64,000 nt of DNA from Eledone cirrhosa (taxonomy: Eukaryota). Location: the NCBI GenBank assembly GCA_964016885.1, contig OZ024740.1, positions 57,660,001-57,724,000 of the forward strand, written 5' to 3'. Below the pieces are notes generated by a model. That model saw only the letters and a list, made by a program, of their open reading frames with translations, searched no databases and was not told the origin of the DNA. Position numbers and translations under genes: made by a program. This document shows positions 12,471-27,100 of this stretch, one piece after another (the stretch's first letter is position 1; each line of letters starts with the position of its first letter).

Positions 12471-14829
12471 TGTAGAGGACACTAGTCTACACTAATTTCC
12501 ACCCCACCCCTCCCCACCAGCTAAATATCCTACTCACCTCATTCATGTCCCACTTGCATACTTGTCTGCCCCTCTCACCTTCTTCATCATTGATACACCT
12601 TTTTTGACTAACCCATGCATACAATCATGGAAAGCTAGACACACTCCACATTTGCTCCCAAAAAAAACTGCTGACATGACAAAAAAATCACTGAGTCGAC
12701 CCTGTATGATGATCTGGTGCTATAACAAAATCACCCAGTTCATTCTGTAAGGCAATCATGCTGGTGACAATGATAAAATGCCCAGTCATCCATGTAAAGT
12801 GGTCATGATAGTGATATGATGAAAAAGGACCCAATCCATCCTGTAAGGTAGTTGACAGCACCCAGTTCACACTATTACATGGTTGTTTTGGTGCCACAAT
12901 AAAAAGCACCAAGTCTACACTGTAATGTCGTTGGCATTAGGAAGAGTATCTAGCTGTAGAAACTAAGCCAAAATATAGGTCCATACGAGCAAGATGTGGT
13001 CTCCTGACTCGACTATTTTCATAATATGACAACATGTCTAACACATGCAAGCATGGAAAAATGGCCATATGCTGATGATGATGGATTAAAACCTTCCAAC
13101 ATATTGCTAAGTTATATACCATCTTAAAGAAATAATTAATTTTAGTAAATCCCTCAAAATTCTTTATTAATGGATTGTATTTAATTAAAAATATGATTCC
13201 AAACACCAGATAAATAATGAGAAAGTTAGTTATATTACAAAATCTTTCCAAATTCTTTATTTTCAAAATTATTTGAAAGCCATAGATAATGTCTTATTAG
13301 GAATATGATAATGAAAGGGTTAAAAACAACAGCTCAAAATTTCTATCTTTATGTATTCAATGTCACTTTCTATGAATTTAAAGTACTTGGAGAAATATTA
13401 GATTTTTAAGGTACATTTGCCATGATATTTATGAGTTTTTCCATCTTCAACAAGGGTCAGTTGAAATGCTTCAACGCAATTTATTTTAGTTAGCTTATTT
13501 TAAAATCTCTAATCATCCATCTTCTTCATGATGTTTTTTTTCATATATGATATTTTTGCAAAGTGCTATAAAAGAATTTCTGATACATTATTGTTTTCTA
13601 AATCAATTTCAGTCAAATAACTGTGTGTCATATGTATTTTTGTCTCCATTCTATACAATGCTATGCTATACCTACCTTGCATTTCTGTAAATATATTCAC
13701 CATTCTTCATAACAACAGTTGTCGCAATTTAAGATTTGATTTCATGGAAAATAATACATAATTCATTTTTTACTTAGCTTCAAGTATATTGAAAACTATG
13801 TCCCTCTGCCTATTAATAGTTGCACTGATAAACACAAACACACAGACAGAGAGAGTAAAAAAAGGAAGAAGAGAGGGAGCAGAGGCAGAAAAAGATAAGA
13901 GAGAAAGAAGCACACATACACATGCAAATATTTTCAAAGTTTGCCATTATAATAAAATAAAAGATTAAGTAAATTTAGAAGAAATGCTTTCAAATAATTT
14001 ACATCAGACCTATAGAGACCCCTATTTTGCAAATCAATTTCAGATTCACGTACATAGAAGAAAATCTCAGAGAAAAATTACCAGAAATAACCATAAAATA
14101 ATATTTATCAAACATTACTCTCCTTCATTGTAAAAAATAAAATAAAAAACAAACAAATCGAAAAATACAATTTATGATAAAGTGTCATAGGTAACAAACT
14201 AAAGTTGTAAAGTCTTAATGTTAAGCCAATACATTTTCTGTTCTTTCTTAATTATGAGAAAATTAAACAATAAAATCTAAAGATATTGATTTTAAAACTA
14301 TAATTGTCAAAACAATTTCGTAAACTACTTGTACATAAGATAAGACCTAAATTAATCTCCTTAAATAAAACTGATGGTACATGTCACTGAACTGATTTTA
14401 CTATATTTCTTTCAGGTCAAAGTATAGAATATTAATAAATTTTTCTAGAAGAAAATACTTTATTTCGAAAGACATTGAAAATAATTAAAGGCACTTTGTG
14501 TTGTAAATATCAGAGAGGTTGCACTTGTCAGGGATGAGACTCCCTGTGGAACATATCTTTCCTTGCAGAGAAATAAATATTTGAAAGTTATATCTTTGTT
14601 TGAGCTAGTGCGTGAGCACAATGGTAACAGAAGAGATACTGTCAGGAATAATTATCTTGGATTGAAATTATTTGAAAATTGTTCATACTTAGCAACAGAG
14701 TAGATACATTGTGATAGGAGAGGGTAAGTGGAGAAAGTAGATGGATGCATGCAGTGTATATTTCGAAGTAAAACAAGCATAAAATATAATAATTTTATGA
14801 GTTTGAATACAACTTACAGATCCCATCAT

Positions 14830-15490
14830 CTTGATGTGGATTGGGTGTTTTCTTTTGTTATGGAACCAGTATTACTGCTTTACAGGGTGGACTGGGTGTT
14901 TTTTGTTATGGAAACAGCACTACTGCTTTACAGGGTGGACTGGGTGTTTTTTGTTAAGGAACCAACACTACTGCTTTACAGGGTGGACTGGGTGTTTTTT
15001 GTTACGAAACCAGCACTACTGCTTTACAGGGTGGACTGGGTGTTTTTTGTTAAGGAACCAGCACTACTGCTTTACAGGGCAGGCTGGATTATTAACATCT
15101 ATTTTCCAAGATTGTATGGGTTAGACATCTACCACACTCTGAGGCCAGACAGAGCTGGTGACCACGTCTTATCCATACACACCTTTATTTGTTTGGTTTT
15201 CTATGGAGCATGGACTAGGAGCTTTTTTGTGGCACCAGCACTACTACCTTACAAAGTGAAATGAGTGCCTTTTGTTGTGGTACCAGCACTACCACCTTAA
15301 TTGGGTGGATTGTGTGCTTTTTGTCATGACATCAGCACAACCACTTTACAGAACGGTTTAGATGCTTAATGTTGTGGCATCAGCACAATCACCATACAGG
15401 GCGGTCTAGGTGCTTTATGTCATCAAACCAGCACTACTATCTAACAGGGTGGACTGGGTGCTTTTTGTTGTGGCATCATCATCATCATCT
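14830..15490 (-). repeat. RTE/SINE tail with a short 48-bp tandem expansion (about 5 clean copies, 14860-15085)
   Basis: Unit CAGCACTACTGCTTTACAGGGTGGACTGGGTGTTTTTTGTTAAGGAAC; period of 48 (14881 to 14929). Confidence 0.8.
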
Positions 15491-16504
15491 GTTTATATTA
15501 TTTATTTTTTTGTTTCTGAGATGGTAGGTAATGATTTAAGGAAGATCTGGCTGCTATTTCCAGCAGGTCATGCAGTCGGCCTATATCTTTGCAGCATCAC
15601 AACGACCTCCCAGAAGTGTAAAAGGACATTTAGGAAGGCAGTTACAATAAATATATTGAATAAATGCTTCGATATTTCACATTGCACATTTAGATGCATG
15701 AAATTAATATCCATGCTAGTTTGTATAACAACAGTCTTAATTTCTGTAACAAATAGCTTCTTTCATAAAACAAATAATTTCAATACAAAGACATTAGTAA
15801 ACAGTTTGTAAATATGTAATTGCTTCAGAATGTCCATATAATGTGTTTAATATTGTCTAGTCAGAGATATAATCTATATAGTTTCATTTGTAATGTGCTC
15901 TGTAAGCAGGGATATGTTTTTTTATCAGATTTGACATGCTTGTAATGTATTCTTTGTGTACAGCAAAAGGAAAGAAGAAAAAGGAAATATATTTCGGGTA
16001 ATGATTCACAGAGGTATGTGTGTGTATTTGAATGAGAGGGAGAGAGAAGCAGATAGACAGAGGCGGACAAAGATATATTTTATCAATTTCAGAAATGCTA
16101 TCAATTATGATAAAGATTATCTTACTTTTTCTTTCTTTATTTTTGATTTATTTTAGAACACAATTTGTGAACAAAAGCGTTGTTGGTTACAAATTTCTAA
16201 TGGGCCAATCACTGGTTCGCTGTATTTCTGATGGTGAAAGTGACAGGGGAATGTTTGCATTTCAGGACTTCATTCAAATTGCAAGGGTTTTTCAGCAACA
16301 TTTGCCTCTTTTGCCAATACACATCAGTGTATTTGTGGTTCAGCATTCCCGGTCCCAGTTATTTGCGGAATTTTCCTTAGACCATAACTAATGATTGTTC
16401 GTGGAAACCAACACATATACACAGAATCGTAAATATCTTCTACAATTTTTTTATGGCTTTTCTGTGGCAATATACATTTTTTAAGCGCTAAATTATTAAT
16501 AACA

Positions 16505-16692
16505 ATATACTGTATTTGCCGACCTATTGGAGGCCCCCTTGCATAAGATGCTCCCTCTTCTTTTATTATATTTTACGTTATATTTTGACGTTTATAGGCA
16601 TTTTTACGGACCACGTCCAATATTTGCAGTTTTTCACTCTTCGCAGGTGTTCTAGGAACGTAACCCCCGGGAATATCGGAAGACAACTGTAT
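16505..16692. mobile_element. Tc1/mariner-pogo-like DNA transposon terminal remnants
   Basis: End CCCCGGGAATATCGGAAGACAACTG|TA resembles Tigger/pogo TIRs with a TA target; no partner TIR found. Confidence 0.3.
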
Positions 16693-17019
16693 ATGGATAT
16701 CATCGTTTTTAGGTTGTCTTTTCCATGTTGGCATGGGTTGGATAAGGCTTTTTGAAGCACCAACAGAACTTTCCTACGACATGCAGAGATACGGTGTACC
16801 TATTCTAAACTTCGTACACACAGCCATATTATACACTAATATATATACTAATCAAGATGTTTTATGTAGAATTTTTTTTCCATATGCTGACACGTATGTG
16901 TATATGTGTGTGTGTATGTGCAAATGCATAGATTTATATGTATGAGTATATAAATATAAATGTGCAAACACAGACATGCTTTTTTTTTTTATAAGCACAA
17001 AATGTAGACACCATCCCCG

Positions 17020-17119
17020 GGCCGAGGTATTCCGTACTTCTCTGTACTGTTTTAGAAAGGAGGGATAAACATGCCAATCTATGTTTAGAATCCCGAGCAA
17101 ATCCAGGCCATTCTGCTAG
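17020..17119 (+). mobile_element. Helitron 3' end (copy 1)
   Basis: Subterminal GC hairpin followed by CTAG|T; about 100-bp direct repeat of 17667-17766. Confidence 0.6.
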
Positions 17120-17666
17120 TGAAAACATAAAACGCAGAAGTAAATATTTCGAAAAACAGGAAGACTATACTTTAGTTCGTGAAGACGTTCCCTGGCAATG
17201 AACGGAAAAAAGTGAAGATAATACGTCAGCAATGAGAACAATATTTGCTCTAGGGTTCTTATATATTTGATATATATTTATCCTTATCGAGCCCTGTTTG
17301 GTTCGACTAACACTATATATACAGTATATATACACACACTATATATACATACACACACACACATATAGCGAAGTCAATGTTTTCATAATGTCATAATGCA
17401 GATAGATACATAGCTAATACGTCGCACCCTGGTTAAGACGGCACTCATGGCTTAGCAATTACATAGTCAACGGTTCGGAAATCACATGCATCACTGACGA
17501 GTTTACTCCTTACTCTACCAGTTAGTATTAGTGTACCTCGTCCTGCTTTTAGGTCATGCCTCGAAGGAAGAGATACTCCATTGGCCGAAATACTGCAAAA
17601 GCGGCAAGAAAAAGAACAAGGTGGGCAAACGAATCATCAGTGGAATCTGCTATTCGACGGTCACAA

Positions 17667-17766
17667 GGCCGTGGTATTCCGTACTTCTTTGTACTGTTTC
17701 AGAAAGGAGGGATAAACATGCCAATCTATGTTTAAAATCCCAAGCAATGCCGGGCCATTCTGCTAG
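17667..17766 (+). mobile_element. Helitron 3' end (copy 2)
   Basis: CCCAAGCAATGCCGGG hairpin followed by TGCTAG|T. Confidence 0.6.
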
Positions 17767-18131
17767 TACAATAAAATAACTAAAACTACTAAAATGGAAT
17801 ATTTTACTCATTTATAATTGGAGAATAAACAATTTTTGTAAAAGTAATTCCTCATGGAGTTTTCTCTCTCACACACAAACACACACTCATGTACACACAT
17901 ACACTCTCTTACTGTGTCCTTTCTATAAAGATTTGTTACAATGCAGGTTTAAAAGAAAAAGATCTTAACCCATTTAATATAATGGATGCCCTTCTTAATG
18001 ACAACCACTTCATGACATGTACCAGGTGCATTTTATCATGACAATGCTACTACCACCTGACAGAATGGACTGGGTTCTTTTTATCATGGCACCACCATTA
18101 TCAACTTACGGAGTGAGTGGATGTATATCAT

Positions 18132-21100
18132 TGACACCAGCACTACCACTTTACAGTGTGGGCTGAGTGTATTTTACATGACACCAACACCACTTTACAA
18201 TGTGGGCTGAGTGTATTTTATGTGGCACCAACACCACTTTACAGTGTGGGCTGAGTGTATTTTACATGACACCAACACCACTTTACAGTGTGGGCTGAGT
18301 GTATTTTACATGACACCAACACCACTTTACAGTGTGGGCTGAGTGTATTTTATGTGACACCAGCACTACCACTTTACAGTGTGGGCTGAGTGTATTTTAT
18401 GTGACACCAGCACTACCACTTTACAGTGTGGGCTGAGTGTATTTTACATGACACCAACACCACTTTACAATGTGGGCCAAGTGTATTTTATGTGGCACCA
18501 ACACCACTTTACAGTGTGGGCTGAGTGTATTTTATGTGACACCAGCACTACCACTTTACAGTGTGGGCTGAGTGTATTTTACATGACACCAACACCACTT
18601 TACAGTGTGGGCTGAGTGTATTTTATGTGGCACCAGCACTACCACTTTACAGTGTGGGCTGAGTGTATTTTATGTGGCACCCACACCACTTTACAGTGTG
18701 GGCTGAGTGTATTTTATGTGGCACCAGCACTACCACTTTACAGTGTGGGCTGAGTGTATTTTATGTGGCACCAACACCACTTTACAGTGTGGGCTGAGTG
18801 TATTTTATGTGGCACCAACACCACTTTACAGTGTGGGCTGAGTGTATTTTATGTGACACCAACACCACTTTACAGTGTGGGCTGAGTGTATTTTATGTGG
18901 CACCAGCACTACCACTTTACAGTGTGGGCTGAGTGTATTTTATGTGGCACCAACACCACTTTACAGTGTGGGCTGAGTGTATTTTATGTGACACCAACAC
19001 CACTTTACAGTGTGGGCTGAGTGTATTTTATGTGGCACCAGCACTACCACTTTACAGTGTGGGCTGAGTGTATTTTATGTGGCACCAACACCACTTTACA
19101 GTGTGGGCTGAGTGTATTTTATGTGGCACCAACGCCACTTTACAGTGTGGGCTGAGTGTATTTTATGTGACACCAACACCACTTTACAGTGTGGGCTGAG
19201 TGTATTTTATGTGACACCAGCACTACCACTTTACAGTGTGGGCTGAGTGTATTTTATGTGACACCAGCACTACCACTTTACAGTGTGGGCTGAGTGTATT
19301 TTATGTGGCACCAACACCACTTTACAGTGTGGGCTGAGTGTATTTTATGTGGCACCAACACCACTTTACAGTGTGGGCTGAGTGTATTTTGTGTGGCACC
19401 AACACCACTTTACAGTGTGGGCTGAGTGTATTTTATGTGGCACCAACACCACTTTACAGTGTGGGCTGAGTGTATTTTATGTGACACCAGCACTACCACT
19501 TTACAGTGTGGGCTGAGTGTATTTTATGTGGCACCAACACCACTTTACAGTGTGGGCTGAGTGTATTTTATGTGGCACCAACACCACTTTACAGTGTGGG
19601 CTGAGTGTATTTTATGTGGCACCAACACCACTTTACAGTGTGGGCTGAGTGTATTTTATGTGGCACCAGCACTACCACTTTACAGTGTGGGCTGAGTGTA
19701 TTTTATGTGACACCAGCACTACCACTTTACAGTGTGGGCTGAGTGTATTTTATGTGACACCAGCACTACCACTTTACAGTGTGGGCTGAGTGTATTTTAT
19801 GTGGCACCAGCACTACCACTTTACAGTGTGGGCTGAGTGTATTTTATGTGGCACCAACACCACTTTACAGTGTGGGCTGAGTGTATTTTATGTGGCACCA
19901 ACACCACTTTACAATGTGGGCTGAGTGTATTTTACATGACACCAACACCACTTTACAATGTGGGCCAAGTGTATTTTATGTGGCACCAACACCACTTTAC
20001 AGTGTGGGCTGAGTGTATTTTATGTGACACCAACACCACTTTACAGTGTGGGCTGAGTGTATTTTACATGAAACCAACACCACTTTACAGTGTGGGCTGA
20101 GTGTATTTTATGTGACACCAGCACTACCACTTTACAGTGTGGGCTGAGTGTATTTTATGTGCCACCAACACCACTTTACAGTGTGGGCTGAGTGTATTTT
20201 ATGTGGCACCAGCACTACCACTTTACAGTGTGGGCTGAGTGTATTTTATGTGACACCAGCACTACCACTTTACAATGTGGGCTGAGTGTATTTTATGTGA
20301 CACCAGCACTACAATTTTACAATGTGGGCTGAGTGTATTTTATGTGACACCAGCACTACCATTTTACAATGTGGGCTGAGTGTATTTTATGTGACACCAG
20401 CACTACCACTTTACAATGTGGGCTGAGTGTATTTTATGTGACACCAGCACTACCACTTTACAATGTGGGCTGAGTGTATTTTATGTGACACCAGCACTAC
20501 CACTTTACAGTGTGGGCTGAGTGTATTTTATGTGACACCAGCACTACCACTTTACAATGTGGGCTGAGTGTATTTTATGTGACACCAACACCACTTTACA
20601 GTATGGGCTGAGTGTATTTTATGTGGCACCAGCACTACCACTTTACAGTGTGGGCTGAGTGTATTTTATGTGACACCAGCACTACCACTTTACAGTGTGG
20701 GCTGAGTGTATTTTATGTGACACCAGCACTACCACTTTACAATGTGGGCTGAGTGTATTTTATGTGACACCAACACCACTTTACAGTGTGGGCTGAGTGT
20801 ATTTTATGTGGCACCAGCACTACCACTTTACAGTGTGGGCTGAGTGTATTTTATGTGGCACCAGCACTACCACTTTACAGTGTGGGCTGAGTGTATTTTA
20901 TGTGGCACCAGCACTACCACTTTACAGTGTGGGCTGAGTGTATTTTATGTGGCACCAACACCACTTTACAGTGTGGGCTGAGTGTATTTTATGTGGCACC
21001 AACACCACTTTACAGTGTGGGCTGAGTGTATTTTATGTGGCACCAGCACTACCACTTTACAGTGTGGGCTGAGTGTATTTTATGTGGCACCAACACCACT

Positions 21101-24100
21101 TTACAGTGTGGGCTGAGTGTATTTTATGTGGCACCAACACCACTTTACAGTGTGGGCTGAGTGTATTTTATGTGGCACCAACACCACTTTACAGTGTGGG
21201 CTGAGTGTATTCTATGTGACACCAGCACTACCACTTTACAGTGTGGGCTGAGTGTATTTTATGTGGCACCAGCACTACCACTTTACAGTGTGGGCTGAGT
21301 GTATTTTATGTGACACCAGCACTACCACTTTACAGTGTGGGCTGAGTGTATTTTATGTGGCACCAACACCACTTTACAGTGTGGGATGAGTGTATTTTAT
21401 GTGGCACCAACACCACTTTACAGTGTGGGCTGAGTGTATTTTATGTGACACCAGCACTACCACTTTACAGTGTGGGCTGAGTGTATTTTATGTGACACCA
21501 GCACTACCACTTTACAGTGTGGGCTGAGTGTATTTTACATGACACCAACACCACTTTACAGTGTGGGCTGAGTGTATTTTATGTGACACCAGCACTACCA
21601 CTTTACAATGTGGGCTGAGTGTATTTTATGTGGCACCAACACCACTTTACAGTGTGGGCTGAGTGTATTTTATGTGGCACCAACACCACTTTACAGTGTG
21701 GGCTGAGTGTATTTTATGTGGCACCAACACCACTTTACAGTGTGGGCTGAGTGTATTTTATGTGACACCAACACTACCACTTTACAGTGTGGGCTGAGTG
21801 TATTTTATGTGACACCAGCACTACCACTTTACAGTGTGGGCTGAGTGTATTTTATGTGGCACCAACACCACTTTACAGTGTGGGCTGAGTGTATTTTATG
21901 TGGAACCAGCACCACTTTACAGTGTGGGCTGAGTGTATTTTGTGTGGAACCAACACCACTTTACAGTGTGGGCTGAGTGTATTTTATGTGGCACCAGCAC
22001 TACCACTTTACAGTGTGGGCTGAGTGTATTTTATGTGGCACCAGCACTACCACTTTACAGTGTGGGCTGAGTGTATTTTATGTGGCACCAACACCACTTT
22101 ACAGTGTGGGCTGAGTGTATTTTATGTGGCACCAGCACTACCACTTTACAGTGTGGGCTGAGTGTATTTTATGTGGCACCAACACCACTTTACAGTGTGG
22201 GCTGAGTGTATTTTATGTGGCACCAGCACTACCACTTTACAGTGTGGGCTGAGTGTATTTTATGTGGCACCAACACCACTTTACAGTGTGGGCTGAGTGT
22301 ATTTTATGTGGCACCAGCACTACCACTTTACAGTGTGGGCTGAGTGTATTTTATGTGACACCAGCACTACCACTTTACAGTGTGGGCTGAGTGTATTTTA
22401 TGTGGCACCAACACCACTTTACAGTGTGGGCTGAGTGTATTTTATGTGGCACCAACACCACTTTACAGTGTGGGCTGAGTGTATTTTGTGTGGCACCAAC
22501 ACTACTTTACAGTGTGGGCTGAGTGTATTTTACATGACACCAACACCACTTTACAGTGTGGGCTGAGTGTATTTTATGTGACACCAGCACTACCACTTTA
22601 CAATGTGGGCTGAGTGTATTTTATGTGGCACCAACACCACTTTACAGTGTGGGCTGAGTGTATTTTATGTGGCACCAACACCACTTTACAGTGTGGGCTG
22701 AGTGTATTTTATGTGGCACCAACACCACTTTACAGTGTGGGCTGAGTGTATTTTATGTGACACCAACACCACTTTACAGTGTGGGCTGAGTGTATTTTAT
22801 GTGACACCAGCACTACCACTTTACAGTGTGGGCTGAGTGTATTTTATGTGGCACCAACACCACTTTACAGTGTGGGCTGAGTGTATTTTATGTGGCACCA
22901 GCACCACTTTACAGTGTGGGCTGAGTGTATTTTGTGTGGCACCAACACCACTTTACAGTGTGGGCTGAGTGTATTTTATGTGGCACCAGCACTACCACTT
23001 TACAGTGTGGGCTGAGTGTATTTTATGTGGCACCAGCACTACCACTTTACAGTGTGGGCTGAGTGTATTTTATGTGGCACCAACACCACTTTACAGTGTG
23101 GGCTGACTGTATTTTATGTGGCACCAGCACTACCACTTTACAGTGTGGGCTGAGTGTATTTTATGTGGCACCAACACCACTTTACAGTGTGGGCTGAGTG
23201 TATTTTATGTGGCACCAGCACTACCACTTTACAGTGTGGGCTGAGTGTATTTTATGTGGCACCAACACCACTTTACAGTGTGGGCTGAGTGTATTTTATG
23301 TGGCACCAGCACTACCACTTTACAGTGTGGGCTGAGTGTATTTTATGTGACACCAGCACTACCACTTTACAGTGTGGGCTGAGTGTATTTTATGTGGAAC
23401 CAACACCACTTTACAGTGTGGGCTGAGTGTATTTTATGTGGCACCAACACCACTTTACAGTGTGGGCTGAGTGTATTTTGTGTGGCACCAACACCACTTT
23501 ACAGTGTGGGCTGAGTGTATTTTATGTGGCACCAACACCACTTTACAGTGTGGGATGAGTGTATTTTATGTGGCACCAACACCACTTTACAGTGTGGGCT
23601 GAGTGTATTTTATGTGACACCAGCACTACCACTTTACAGTGTGGGCTGAGTGTATTTTATGTGACACCAGCACTACCACTTTACAGTGTGGGCTGAGTGT
23701 ATTTTACATGACACCAAAACCACTTTACAGTGTGGGCTGAGTGTATTTTATGTGACACCAGCACTACCACTTTACAATGTGGGCTGAGTGTATTTTATGT
23801 GGCACCAACACCACTTTACAGTGTGGGCTGAGTGTATTTTATGTGGCACCAACACCACTTTACAGTGTGGGCTGAGTGTATTTTATGTGGCACCAACACC
23901 ACTTTACAGTGTGGGCTGAGTGTATTTTATGTGACACCAACACCACTTTACAGTGTGGGCTGAGTGTATTTTATGTGACACCAGCACTACCACTTTACAG
24001 TGTGGGCTGAGTGTATTTTATGTGGCACCAACACCACTTTACAGTGTGGGCTGAGTGTATTTTATGAGGCACCAGCACCACTTTACAGTGTGGGCTGAGT

Positions 24101-27100
24101 GTATTTTGTGTGGAACCAACACCACTTTACAGTGTGGGCTGAGTGTATTTTATGTGGCACCAGCACTACCACTTTACAGTGTGGGCTGAGTGTATTTTAT
24201 GTGGCACCAGCACTACCACTTTACAGTGTGGGCTGAGTGTATTTTATGTGGCACCAACACCACTTTACAGTGTGGGCTGAGTGTATTTTATGTGGCACCA
24301 GCACTACCACTTTACAGTGTGGGCTGAGTGTATTTTATGTGGAACCAACACCACTTTACAGTGTGGGCTGAGTGTATTTTATGTGGCACCAGCACTACCA
24401 CTTTACAGTGTGGGCTGAGTGTATTTTATGTGGCACCAACAACACTTTACAGTGTGGGCTGAGTGTATTTTATGTGGCACCAGCACTACCACTTTACAGT
24501 GTGGGCTGAGTGTATTTTATGTGACACCAGCACTACCACTTTACAGTGTGGGCTGAGTGTATTTTATGTGGCACCAACACCACTTTACAGTGTGGGCTGA
24601 GTGTATTTTATGTGGCACCAACACCACTTTACAGTGTGGGCTGAGTGTATTTTGTGTGGCACCAACACCACTTTACAGTGTGGGCTGAGTGTATTTTATT
24701 TGTGACCAACACCACTTTACAGTGTGGGCTGAGTGTATTTTATGTGACACCAGCACTACCACTTTACAGTGTGGGCTGAGTGTATTTTATGTGGCACCAA
24801 CACCACTTTACAGTGTGGGCTGAGTGTATTTTATGTGGCACCAGCACCACTTTACAGTGTGGGCTGAGTGTATTTTGTATGGCACCAACACCACTTTACA
24901 GTGTGGGCTGAGTGTATTTTATGTGGCACCAGCACTACCACTTTACAGTGTGGGCTGAGTGTATTTTATGTGGCACCAGCACTACCACTTTACAGTGTGG
25001 GCTGAGTGTATTTTATGTGGCACCAACACCACTTTACAGTGTGGGCTGAGTGTATTTTATGTGGCACCAGCACTACCACTTTACAGTGTGGGCTGAGTGT
25101 ATTTTATGTGGCACCAACACCACTTTACAGTGTGGGCTGAGTGTATTTTATGTGGCACCAGCACTACCACTTTACAGTGTGGGCTGAGTGTATTTTATGT
25201 GGCACCAACACCACTTTACAGTGTGGGCTGAGTGTATTTTATGTGGCACCAGCACTACCACTTTACAGTGTGGGCTGAGTGTATTTTATGTGACACCAGC
25301 ACTACCACTTTACAGTGTGGGCTGAGTGTATTTTATGTGGCACCAACACCACTTTACAGTGTGGGCTGAGTGTATTTTATGTGGCACCAGCACCACTTTA
25401 CAGTGTGGGCTGAGTGTATTTTGTGTGGCACCAACACCACTTTACAGTGTGGGCTGAGTGTATTTTATGTGGCACCAGCACTACCACTTTACAGTGTGGG
25501 CTGAGTGTATTTTATGTGGCACCAGCACTACCACTTTACAGTGTGGGCTGAGTGTATTTTATGTGGCACCAACACCACTTTACAGTGTGGGCTGACTGTA
25601 TTTTATGTGGCACCAGCACTACCACTTTACAGTGTGGGCTGAGTGTATTTTATGTGGCACCAGCACTACCACTTTACAGTGTGGGCTGAGTGTATTTTAT
25701 GTGGCACCAACACCACTTTACAGTGTGGGCTGAGTGTATTTTATGTGGCACCAACACCACTTTACAGTGTGGGCTGAGTGTATTTTATGTGGCACCAGCA
25801 CTACCACTTTACAGTGTGGGCTGAGTGTATTTTATGTGGCACCAACACCACTTTACAGTGTGGGCTGAGTGTATTTTATGTGGCACCAACACCACTTTAC
25901 AGTGTGGGCTGAGTGTATTTTATGTGGCACCAACACCACTTTACAGTGTGGGCTGAGTGTATTTTATGTGGCACCAGCACTACCACTTTACAGTGTGGGC
26001 TGAGTGTATTTTATGTGACACCAGCACTACCACTTTACAGTGTGGGCTGAGTGTATTTTATGTGACACCAACACCACTTTACAGTGTGGGCTGAGTGTAT
26101 TTTATGTGGCACCAGCACTACCACTTTACAGTGTGGGCTGAGTGTATTTTGTGTGGCACCAACACCACTTTACAGTGTGGGCTGAGTGTATTTTATGTGG
26201 CACCAGCACTACCACTTTACAGTGTGGGCTGAGTGTATTTTATGTGGCACCAGCACTACCACTTTACAGTGTGGGCTGAGTGTATTTTATGTGGCACCAA
26301 CACCACTTTACAGTGTGGGCTGAGTGTATTTTATGTGGCACCAGCACTACCACTTTACAGTGTGGGCTGAGTGTATTTTATGTGGCACCAACACCACTTT
26401 ACAGTGTGGGCTGAGTGTATTTTATGTGGCACCAGCACTACCACTTTACAGTGTGGGCTGAGTGTATTTTATGTGGCACCAACACCACTTTACAGTGTGG
26501 GCTGAGTGTATTTTATGTGGCACCAGCACTACCACTTTACAGTGTGGGCTGAGTGTATTTTATGTGACACCAGCACTACCACTTTACAGTGTGGGCTGAG
26601 TGTATTTTATGTGGCACCAACACCACTTTACAGTGTGGGCTGAGTGTATTTTATGTGGCACCAACACCACTTTACAGTGTGGGCTGAGTGTATTTTGTGT
26701 GGCACCAACACCACTTTACAGTGTGGGCTGAGTGTATTTTATGTGGCACCAACACCACTTTACAGTGTGGGCTGAGTGTATTTTATGTGACACCAGCACT
26801 ACCACTTTACAGTGTGGGCTGAGTGTATTTTATGTGGCACCAACACCACTTTACAGTGTGGGCTGAGTGTATTTTATGTGGCACCAACACCACTTTACAG
26901 TGTGGGGTGAGTGTATTTTATGTGGCACCAACACCACTTTACAGTGTTGCCTGAGTGTATTTTGTGTGGCACCAACACCACTTTACAGTGTGGGCTGAGT
27001 GTATTTTATGTGGCACCAGCACTACCACTTTACAGTGTGGGCTGAGTGTATTTTATGTGGCACCAGCACTACCACTTTACAGTGTGGGCTGAGTGTATTT

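Noticed and set aside
14728-15264. 178-aa repeat protein (LLLYRVDWVFFV)n
   Set aside because: By-product of a 48-bp in-frame tandem repeat from a LINE tail.
16160-16400. Transposase or host exon in ORF 16032..16391
   Set aside because: No recognisable motif in any frame that I can defend.
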